Shown: piece by piece, positions 19,130 to 27,728 of the stretch
Numbering within the stretch: position 1 is the first letter of the stretch
Layout of the letters: each line of letters opens with the position of its first letter
NCBI GenBank assembly: GCA_019058015.1
Contig: JAHLWH010000221.1
Coordinates: 1-29,936, forward strand
Origin: Promethearchaeota archaeon
GTDB lineage: Archaea > Asgardarchaeota > Lokiarchaeia > Sigyniarchaeales > SOKP01
Reading direction: 5' to 3'
DNA length: 29,936 nt
Position numbers and translations under genes: made by a program
The notes under the pieces: generated by a model
What the model was told of the DNA's origin: nothing
Database searches by the model: none
Seen by the model: only the letters and a program-made list of their open reading frames with translations

Positions 19130-19381
19130 GTTTGTAAAATAATTGCCTATTTTTTATTGGCTTGATAGATTATTAATTTAATTCTAATAATTTGCTTTAA
19201 TAAATATTTAGTATTTCAGAATTAATATAATTTATTTTAAATTTTAATTTCTAACGCTTTCAAGGTTCTTTTAGAAGGATCTTTATAGTTACCAAAAATA
19301 ATAAATTCCTTAAAGATTAATATCATTTGATAATATCACTGAATTCTTTAGAATTTTTCACTTTATAGAAAATCTGTTGTC

Positions 19382-19600
19382 TTGTTAAATTTAAATGCAT
19401 ATCTTGCTTGTTTATTACAAGAAAGAATTAATTTTGCATTGGATCAGCTCCGAGGGTATCCCTCAATTGTGGAAAAGAATTCCCATATCGGGAAAATAAA
19501 ATGGAAAGCATTCCCAAATACTCTTGTAGTGGATGGGATAGAGGCATTAGGACTAATGCCACAAATAATTTATCAAAATCTGTTTGATAATATTATTTGA
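19382..19600 (+). other. Doubtful 72-codon ORF overlapping a cluster of inverted repeats
   Basis: TTG-start ORF with no recognisable motif; four stem-loops at 19452-19599. Confidence 0.3.
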
Positions 19601-19746
19601 AATAATTTGAATACAATTTTATTCATTTTAATAGTCTAATAACACAGTATGGGTAAAAATTTAAGTGTTTTTTAAAAAATAGAGAATTTTTACTTATTTT
19701 TTATATTTCCACTATTAATTTTAGTATTTTTACGCAATAAGTTGCA

Positions 19747-20616
19747 TTAAGCGGATAATTTTTCAGTTTGAATATCAATAACTCCTTCGATTTCATAGAT
19801 TTCATTTTTTAAGGGCTCTAAATTATCTTTATTTAAAAGCTCAACATAAACTTCATAAATGCATTTATCGGCTTCTGTGCATATTCCTGCAGTAAAGATT
19901 AATGAAATATTATATTTTGAAAAGATACTAACTATATCTTCCATATTTGCTGGTGTTAATTCAGTGCCAAAAATAATTTCCAACTTAGTTATTTCTTTTG
20001 AAGTAACTGGGATGATATCTAATTTTAATGAATCTCCTCGTATTCTATGCACTATAAATAAATTATTTTTATTTTTAGTCAATTTTTGTAAATTATGAAT
20101 CATTTTTTCAGGAATAGAAACTGTTTTAAGCTTTTGAAAAACCTTAAATTTAATTAATCTCCCTTCGGTTTCAACACTTTTAAGCGACAGGATTTTATAT
20201 AACTTGTCTAATTTACTATTTAGAGTTTTAAATCTTTTCTGAATATCTGATTTATGCATTGAACTTGGATTGTGTATATAAAATGCTTTATACAAATCAT
20301 CTATTTTTGTGATTTGATCAATAAATTTTTTCATTTCTAATTGATATTCTTTAATTTCAATTTCCTTTTGAATAATTACCGATAACATAATTAGTTCAAT
20401 GCTTCCCCGTGCCCAACCAGATGGTATCCTAAAAATCCAATTTGCTGTTCGAAGCTCAGAAGAAAAATCATGGGTGAAGAAACCTTCATCACCAGTATCT
20501 AAGAGAGAAACTATTTGATTTAAGGTCTCTTTTTTTAAGTTTTTAATTAAATCTTCGGGCTTACTAGCTATTGCTTTAGGTCCTATAATTTTATCAAAAT
20601 ATACAAGTATTAACAT
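19747..20616 (-). CDS. Longin/uDENN-like N-terminal domain fused to an AbrB-like segment and a C-terminal ACT-like domain
   Basis: N-terminal 'LILVYFDKIIGPK' and 'ARG...LSVI'. Middle 'VETEGRL...VSIPEKM'. C-terminal beta-alpha-beta-beta-alpha-beta pattern ending 'IYEIEGVIDIQ'. Confidence 0.6.
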   Translation of the reverse strand: MLILVYFDKIIGPKAIASKPEDLIKNLKKETLNQIVSLLDTGDEGFFTHDFSSELRTANWIFRIPSGWARGSIELIMLSVIIQKEIEIKEYQLEMKKFIDQITKIDDLYKAFYIHNPSSMHKSDIQKRFKTLNSKLDKLYKILSLKSVETEGRLIKFKVFQKLKTVSIPEKMIHNLQKLTKNKNNLFIVHRIRGDSLKLDIIPVTSKEITKLEIIFGTELTPANMEDIVSIFSKYNISLIFTAGICTEADKCIYEVYVELLNKDNLEPLKNEIYEIEGVIDIQTEKLSA

Positions 20617-20770
20617 TTTCTAAAGCAAAAATTTTTCAATTATCTTAAAGCTTTTATGCAAAACTTATAAATTTTTAAATTTTTTCTTTATTAAAAAAAA
20701 AGAAAGGGTGGAAGGTGATCAGGATTTTGTTCTATTTATCTTATACTTATGAAGTTTAAAACTAATTATT

Positions 20771-21049
20771 TTATTTTCTCACAATCCTAAAGGTTTTAAA
20801 ATCTCTATCTCCCCCATAGTCAACATCGGTAACTGGAACTCTAACAAAATTTTCATGATCAAATTTTTTTTCAGGCGTTCTTTTTTGATAAAGAGAAAGA
20901 TTACTCGCCATTCTGAGTTCCTTAAGCAAAAAATCCCGTACCGCAACCCTTATTAATTCACTTCTTGATGGATAAAGGCCTTCATGTCCTGTTAATTTAT
21001 CAATGGCATTTATATATGGTTCTGGTATATTTACTGTAACAATTTTCAT
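20771..21049 (-). CDS. Ribbon-helix-helix (CopG/CdrS-like) transcription regulator with C-terminal extension
   Basis: MKIVTVNIPEPYINAIDKL...GLYPSRSELIRVAVRDFLLKE; likely ATG start at 21049. Confidence 0.9.
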   Translation of the reverse strand: MKIVTVNIPEPYINAIDKLTGHEGLYPSRSELIRVAVRDFLLKELRMASNLSLYQKRTPEKKFDHENFVRVPVTDVDYGGDRDFKTFRIVRK

Positions 21050-21762
21050 TGTAAGGTTAAGCTCCTTGAATTTCAACACATTTTATTCTATCTGATATAA
21101 TGATCTATTATAATGTTCTAGTATTTAAAATTTTGCACGAAGTGTTATTTTATAAAGGATACAGCCTTTTTTGTAAAATATATTTAAATAATTAATACAA
21201 CAATAAATTATCAAAAAGATATAATTTAAAAAAATCTCTTTTTTTAGTCTAATTCCATTTTTCTTCAGAATTTTTAATTATAATTTTTTCAATTTTATTT
21301 AATTACTATTGAAAATTATTTTAAAAATATTTTAATTGTTGGTGAAAATTGTTTAATATTTTTTAAATTATTGATATAAGATTTCATAATCATTATTCAA
21401 TTTCTATAAATTTTTAACCTCAATGGTGCTAATTTTATTAATTTTGAATTAGATTAAAGATTTTTGCGATTAAGTATTTATTATTAAGGAAAAAGAGTGT
21501 TTTGAGAAATATTAGTGGATTAATTCAGAACAGTTAATATGTATAAATATGATATGCATAATTATTTAATTTTAAATTGTATTTTTGAAAGATATTGATG
21601 TATTTTGTGCTCTTAAACACTCTTACTTTTCAAAACATAGCTAATAATTTATATAACTCTGATTTTGATTTAATTTTTATTCTATTTTTAGAGTTAAATT
21701 TTTATAACAGTAAAATCCTTATAGCAGTAAAGAAACTATTATTTTATAATTAATCCTTTGAG

Positions 21763-23166
21763 TTGAGAATTATTTCAAACGATCTTATAAGAAAATTAAG
21801 AGTTTTAATTAAAAGTAGTAATTTTGATGTTAATAATTATTTAATTTTTAATGAACTAAACAAAGAACAACAAAAGATCATTGATAATGCTATTTCTATT
21901 CTTAAGGAAAATACAGTAGACGAAGTAAAGGTATTTGGGGGCAATATTGAGAAGAATGAAGAAATGTTAGAAAAATTAAAAGATAATATTAAGAAAGAAT
22001 TAGAAAAGGAAGTATATAATGAAGTTAAAAATGATCTTGAAAAATTAATAAATTCTTATGTTAAAAATTTTCAATCATTGATTCCAATGGTTTGCGGAGC
22101 GATTATCCCTGTTAAACAATTACCCTTTGTTGAAGTGTATTTCCGGACAATTCCAAGAATTGTGGTTGATAATGAAAAACCCGAAAAAATGTCAATTGAT
22201 GATAATTCAATCTCATATTACGGAGAAATTAAATGTATTATTCCACGGATTACCTTATTTGGAAAAATAAAAGATGCAGACCCTTTATTTGCACCCTTGA
22301 TAGGTGATCTTGATTTAGGCGATTTTAATTCTGAAAAATCAGAACATAAAGGACCAATGATCGGGAATTATTCTTATATAACTGAACTAATTTCCTCAAT
22401 GGATAAAGACACAACCAAGAATAATTTAACTCGCTATCATGAACAGTATCAAAGGCATGGAGAACCAATTTGTGATTTTCTACTAAAGGATAAAGAGTTA
22501 ATGGATGCAATGGAAAAACTTTCCTCAGCAATAGAGTCAAAAAGAACCAGTTCACCTGTGTCAATTTGCGCTATAGCAGTGCCAAATATACAAGAAAGGT
22601 CAACAATTGTTGTTGTTCAAGATGAAAGTAAATCGGCCAACGCATATGCTACTTGTTTTGAAGCATTATTACGCTTCACTGCCCTATGTTATGAAGCACC
22701 TTCTACAAAAAAACCTTCAGAAGTGAGTACTGGTCCAATACCTCCAGCTCAAGCAGGACAGGCAATTGGACCGGGCGGACAGAGATTAAAGGTTTGGACT
22801 CAAGAAGAACTTATAAAAGATGCAGCTGAGCGTGGACTTGGAACTGGACTTCCACCAAACATGGAACTATGGACTGAAGAGCAATTATTAGATGTGGCAA
22901 AATCTCGTACTGATTTAGGAGTTAATTTACCTGAATGGTCTGAAGGAGAACTTGAAAAGCTAGTAAAATCTCGTCAGGGAACCCTAAATATACCTGAATG
23001 GAAGGATAGTAAGGATATTATTCCTTGCCCGCAATGTTCCTACGGATGCCGTAGTGGTTGGTCTGAGTGTCCTGTTTGTGGTTCAAAACTGATTTCAGAA
23101 AGTTCTGAAGAAACAAAAAAAAAAGAAAATATTCAAAATGATTCAGATAAAAATAAGAATGAATAG
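21763..23166 (+). CDS. Hypothetical protein with C-terminal W(T/S)xxxL repeats and zinc ribbon
   Basis: WTQEEL, WTEEQL and WSEGEL repeats; CPQC...CPVC; TTG start. Confidence 0.8.
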   Translation: MRIISNDLIRKLRVLIKSSNFDVNNYLIFNELNKEQQKIIDNAISILKENTVDEVKVFGGNIEKNEEMLEKLKDNIKKELEKEVYNEVKNDLEKLINSYVKNFQSLIPMVCGAIIPVKQLPFVEVYFRTIPRIVVDNEKPEKMSIDDNSISYYGEIKCIIPRITLFGKIKDADPLFAPLIGDLDLGDFNSEKSEHKGPMIGNYSYITELISSMDKDTTKNNLTRYHEQYQRHGEPICDFLLKDKELMDAMEKLSSAIESKRTSSPVSICAIAVPNIQERSTIVVVQDESKSANAYATCFEALLRFTALCYEAPSTKKPSEVSTGPIPPAQAGQAIGPGGQRLKVWTQEELIKDAAERGLGTGLPPNMELWTEEQLLDVAKSRTDLGVNLPEWSEGELEKLVKSRQGTLNIPEWKDSKDIIPCPQCSYGCRSGWSECPVCGSKLISESSEETKKKENIQNDSDKNKNE

Positions 23167-23212
23167 AAATACCAATTTTAAAAATAAAGAATACTGTTAT
23201 TATTTATTTTTT

Positions 23213-25090
23213 TTATTCTTTTATCTTTTTTTGTAAATATTTTTCCCATTTAGGTTTTAGAGAAGGATGATCATTTTTCAGTTCTTTTACTATATTACCA
23301 ATATTATCCTTTAAAATTGAAGGATTATATTCCCAAGATTCATCTCGATTAAAAGAGATACATTTAATCTTTTTCATATCTAAATCCAACATATTACTTA
23401 GGATGATCCCATAAGATGCTACTTGAGGTAGAGATCTTAGGAAATTCTTTTCATCAGGTTTATAATCAGCAATGAATATTTTGTTATTTTGAGTTAAAAG
23501 GATGTCAATATGTCCTGTAATAAACCATTTTCTATTTATTCTCGGTTCAGAATTATCATTAATAGGCTTCCAAATAAAAATTTCTTTGCCTATTACATTT
23601 TTATCGTTCTTAACTATATAGGATAAGATTGGTTCATGTTTAATAAATCTATTAACACTAAAAAATTTTGATGTTTCCTTAGTATTTTGTTCCAATTCTT
23701 TCACATAATTCATTAATTTAACACCAATCTGAGAATTTTTCTCAATTTTTCCATCTGAAATTAGGTCTTTACTATAAATCTGCAACTCATGAGGAGATAT
23801 TGGTTTTTGTTGTGAACCACGTATAAAAAAATCTGAGCAACGAGGGTTGTATTTAGAAAGAGCCCCAAGAGGGAATAGTCGTTTATTATTATATTGGTAA
23901 ATTTCATTTAATTTTGTTTTAATCACATCATCTTGTATCTTTTCAAAATTTCCTTTATTCCATTCAAATTTTAATTTTAATCCATCAGATCCAACGAATC
24001 TATATCTCTCATTATAAGCCTTTCTTATATTAAGGTAATTTTTAAAAATTTTAAGAGCGTTTTCTTTTCTTTCACTCATTAATGTGTGAAAGTCGTCCTT
24101 AATCTCGGCACCATCTGGGAGATTCTTTAAAAAAGTCTCTAGATTTTTTATTGTATCATCCTTAAAACCCAAATACGACCCTCGTTTGAAAGTAATTTCC
24201 TTACTGATTAAACTATCCCTTAAAGAGCTTCCTTTTGTGTAAAGATCTTTACCAATATCAGAACTACTAAAATTTAATGCAAAACATAAATTTTTAATAA
24301 GAAGAGCTTCAGGGTTATTTTTATCTAAAAAAAAGTTGTCAAGTCTATCCTTATTGAAGAATGTACTTAACCCGGCGTTATATTGCAATTCTTTTATTGT
24401 CATACCCAATTTTTCCCTAAGTGCATCTCTAAAACCACCACCAAATTCTCTCTTTACATCATAGACATTAGGAGATCTATTAAATTCTGGAACAATAACA
24501 TATCTATAAAATCTTGGGGTAAGTTCTGGTTTAATATCCATCCAAGCCCACCTTGATTCAAGAGAATTGATATCAATTCCATATTTCTTTAAAAAGGCTA
24601 TTTCTTCAAGTTTCCTAAGACCTCTTTTCGCAATCCAATCAGGATCTACTGAATGAAATTTACTAGATTTATAATTATTAAAAAATAAGGGAATAATTTT
24701 CCTAAAATGTCTTTCAGATTTTATAGTACTTTCATTAGAAACAATTCTAATAATTTCAGCCATTGAATCTATATTACTGTATTTATCATCCAATATTAAT
24801 GGTGTAGCCGCTATTATTTTACTAAGGAATTTTTGATCTCTGTAATCAAGTCGATTCTGCTTAAAAAAATCTTTTAGATGGTTCTCTTTTAAATTCTTCA
24901 GAATTTTTTCAAGAATTTCATTAATGCTTTCTTTATCTTTTATCTTCCATGGTGTTTTTTTATATTCTTCTTTTAAAAAATTAATAACATCCAAAAACTG
25001 CGGCGAATACAGAGAGTCTGCTAACAAGTTATTGTGTAGGCTCCCAATTTGATAAAGCACTAAAGGATGATACGAACTCTGGATTATCAT
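23213..25090 (-). CDS. PD-(D/E)XK (RecB/Cas4-like) nuclease domain protein
   Basis: C-terminal 'KEIFI...GHIDILL...IFIADYKP...LPQVASYG'. The true start may be TTG at 24994 (MDVINFL). Confidence 0.8.
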   Translation of the reverse strand: MIIQSSYHPLVLYQIGSLHNNLLADSLYSPQFLDVINFLKEEYKKTPWKIKDKESINEILEKILKNLKENHLKDFFKQNRLDYRDQKFLSKIIAATPLILDDKYSNIDSMAEIIRIVSNESTIKSERHFRKIIPLFFNNYKSSKFHSVDPDWIAKRGLRKLEEIAFLKKYGIDINSLESRWAWMDIKPELTPRFYRYVIVPEFNRSPNVYDVKREFGGGFRDALREKLGMTIKELQYNAGLSTFFNKDRLDNFFLDKNNPEALLIKNLCFALNFSSSDIGKDLYTKGSSLRDSLISKEITFKRGSYLGFKDDTIKNLETFLKNLPDGAEIKDDFHTLMSERKENALKIFKNYLNIRKAYNERYRFVGSDGLKLKFEWNKGNFEKIQDDVIKTKLNEIYQYNNKRLFPLGALSKYNPRCSDFFIRGSQQKPISPHELQIYSKDLISDGKIEKNSQIGVKLMNYVKELEQNTKETSKFFSVNRFIKHEPILSYIVKNDKNVIGKEIFIWKPINDNSEPRINRKWFITGHIDILLTQNNKIFIADYKPDEKNFLRSLPQVASYGIILSNMLDLDMKKIKCISFNRDESWEYNPSILKDNIGNIVKELKNDHPSLKPKWEKYLQKKIKE

Positions 25091-25239
25091 ATGATTCCCA
25101 GTTTAATATTCAACCTATCGAAATAGATGATAATGATCTCAATAGAATAACACCAAAGAAGCAAGATATTAATAAATATTGGCTCCCTTCAGATAAAAAA
25201 CAAGAACAATTAAATCAATATGAAATTAAAATAGATGAT

Positions 25240-25635
25240 ATGAAATTAACTCCTAAAGGAAATATTTCTTGGCCAAAATTAGTTGGTGGATTTTTAATAT
25301 CTGAAACGGCTCGAGTCAGAAGAAAAATAAACAATAAGAATTACAAAGAAGCAATTATGTCTGTTAAATCTATAATTCCTGAATTTTTATATAAATTATA
25401 TAATCCTAATTTTAAGATTAGAGAGAATAAACGAATTTTAAAAGAAGATCTTGAAAGATCAATTGAATATATCGTAAATTCAAGAGTTATTCCATTTAGT
25501 CATGAGGAATTATATGAAATTCTTAACGAAATAAATATAAAAGAATGTAAGGTTAATGAGTTAGAGCATGTTGCAGAGAAAGTCTATAATATTCTTTATA
25601 ATTTTTCTCAGAAAATTTTAATAGAATTATTATAA
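25240..25635 (+). CDS. Hypothetical helical protein, start uncertain (frame open from 24988)
   Basis: 131-aa ORF; the upstream in-frame sequence has no stop for another 84 codons. Confidence 0.6.
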   Translation: MKLTPKGNISWPKLVGGFLISETARVRRKINNKNYKEAIMSVKSIIPEFLYKLYNPNFKIRENKRILKEDLERSIEYIVNSRVIPFSHEELYEILNEINIKECKVNELEHVAEKVYNILYNFSQKILIELL

Positions 25636-25835
25636 TAAGAAATATCTTAAAAAAAAATCGAGCAAATTCAAAATGAAGAAAAAAATGGTTCAGAATGATA
25701 TAATTAAATTTAACTATTTTTTAAAAAATTTTTTTAATCATCCAATTTTTTAATAGTTAATAATTTGAATTAATTTTAATTTACAGAAGAAAAAATTTTC
25801 AGGTTTAGAAATACAATAGTTAAAACTGTGTTGCT

Positions 25836-26840
25836 ATGCTAAAAGACATATTCTTTATAAACAACGGAAATATTGGTGTAATAAGTGTTGATCTAACCCA
25901 AGATAATTTTTCAAATATGAAAATAATAAGTTATCCAAAAAAATTATCTGATATTGTTAAAAACAAGTCTATCTCAGATATAATATTGAATTTTAGAGAA
26001 AAAGTATCTGGTCTTGAAGTAGGAAAAAATAGAACTCCAGTTTTGTATTCTCCATTAATTACTGAAGGAATTAATGTTTATAGCTGTTTAATTTATCCCG
26101 ATGCAATTATCGGTTTAGTATTAGATAAAGATGATAATCCTTATGATCTAAAAGAAATTTTTGAAGAACAAATTAACAAATATTTCTTACCTGGGAAGCA
26201 AAAATGTATTAATAATTATCTAGAATTAGAAACCTTATTAATCTCAATTTTTATAGATATTCGACGATATTATGATGAAATTTTAGGATATTCTCCATTT
26301 TTAGCCTTTAGAGATCATGGATCGATATTAAAAGTTTTTATCTTTGGACTTGATGAAGCTGGTAAAACTTCGTATGTACGAAGAATAACTACGGGAGAAT
26401 ATAATCAAAATTATTATGAACCAACCAGACAGTTCAATATTGAACATTATACACATAATGATTATAATTTTATTTTTTGGGATGTTCCTGGTCAAGTAAG
26501 ACTTAGATCTAAGTGGCTTTTAGGGATGCAAGATTCTAATATGTTATTATATATGATAGATGCAGCCGATGAGGTAAGATTTGAAGAATCTAAAAAGGAG
26601 TTATGGAATATTTTAGTTCGATACGAGCTTGAGGGTGTTCCTCTTCTAATTTTGGCAAATAAAATTGATTTACCCTTTGCTCTAACATCAGAAAAGGAAT
26701 TAATCACACATTTTAATTTAAATGAAATTACTAATCGGACTTGGGATATTATGACTATTAGTGTAGCAGATAATATTAATATTAAAAAATCTTTAGATTG
26801 GTTAAGTGAGAAAGCATCCACAATTTTACCAGATGTCTAA
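25836..26840 (+). CDS. Arf-family small GTPase fused to an N-terminal alpha/beta (longin-like) domain
   Basis: GLDEAGKT, EPTRQFN, WDVPGQ.RLRSKW, IDAADEVRFEESKKEL and LILANKIDL motifs, preceded by about 160 N-terminal residues. Confidence 0.88.
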   Translation: MLKDIFFINNGNIGVISVDLTQDNFSNMKIISYPKKLSDIVKNKSISDIILNFREKVSGLEVGKNRTPVLYSPLITEGINVYSCLIYPDAIIGLVLDKDDNPYDLKEIFEEQINKYFLPGKQKCINNYLELETLLISIFIDIRRYYDEILGYSPFLAFRDHGSILKVFIFGLDEAGKTSYVRRITTGEYNQNYYEPTRQFNIEHYTHNDYNFIFWDVPGQVRLRSKWLLGMQDSNMLLYMIDAADEVRFEESKKELWNILVRYELEGVPLLILANKIDLPFALTSEKELITHFNLNEITNRTWDIMTISVADNINIKKSLDWLSEKASTILPDV

Positions 26841-27017
26841 AATTTATCTTGGCTTGCTTTTTTTAATTTTTTTTACATTCTTATATAATTTAAAACATTA
26901 AATAAAATTAAAAAACTGAATTATAATTAGGAAGAATATAATAATAATAAATATTAAAATAATAAACAAGAAAAAAATTATAAAAAGGAATTTCAATTAA
27001 AACGAAGGCGCGGAAGT

Positions 27018-27539
27018 TTGTTTAAACGGGTAAAAAAAGTCGAGAATGTTGTCTTAGATGAAGAAAAATCCCATATTTATTTAAAAGATTCAAATATACC
27101 TCTTTTAATGATTAGACCAGAAGAATTAATTGAGTTCGGAGAATTAGCTGGCTCAGAATCTGAGGATATCCTAATCTGGGTTGGAAAATCTATTGGAAAA
27201 TCCATAGCTAAAGGGTTTATTAAAACTAGCGATGTAGCATCATTAAAATTTCGAGAGAAAATGAAAATAATTAATTCTATACTTGAAATATTACAGAGTT
27301 TAGGATATGGAATTCTTGTTTTAAATTATGGAAAGGGAAATATCACTATCGATGTGGGAAATCCTCTTTCAAAAGATTATATTGATAATATAATGGCAAA
27401 AAATATTTGTATTATTTACAATGGAATTTTTACAGGTCTTATTGAAGAGATTGGAATAGATAGTGAAGGGAGAGAGATTAATTGCATTTTAAAAGGAGCA
27501 GATATGTGCTCGTTTAAATTTGAATTTGAGCAAGATTAA
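27018..27539 (+). CDS. V4R (4-vinyl reductase) domain protein
   Basis: 'LQSLGYG...NPL...C..YNGIFTG...REINCILKGADMCSF' pattern. Confidence 0.85.
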   Translation: MFKRVKKVENVVLDEEKSHIYLKDSNIPLLMIRPEELIEFGELAGSESEDILIWVGKSIGKSIAKGFIKTSDVASLKFREKMKIINSILEILQSLGYGILVLNYGKGNITIDVGNPLSKDYIDNIMAKNICIIYNGIFTGLIEEIGIDSEGREINCILKGADMCSFKFEFEQD

Positions 27540-27728
27540 ATTTTTTTTAAAATCATTTAGTAAAATTATTTTTTAATTCAATCATTTCCAATCAAAAAGG
27601 AAGTTATTGAATATAGTTAAAACTCAAAAAAATTGTTTAAATTATAAAAGTCAAAATTTAAAATCGATTTCTTTTTTTCTTAATTAGTTTACGATAAATA
27701 TTGACTATTAATAAATTTGTGAGAAATA

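Noticed and set aside
19238-19326. 29-codon minus-strand ORF (MILIFKEFII...), approximate coordinates
   Set aside because: Too short and has no recognisable motif.
23213-23600. Calling the nuclease Cas4
   Set aside because: Lacks the four-cysteine Fe-S pattern and any CRISPR context.
25240-25635. HEPN RNase toxin call
   Set aside because: The helical pattern is only suggestive and no R-x4-6-H motif is apparent at the expected position.
16726-26821. ORFs 16726-16929, 19859-20098, 22325-22564 and 26492-26821
   Set aside because: Antisense to longer genes with clear support.
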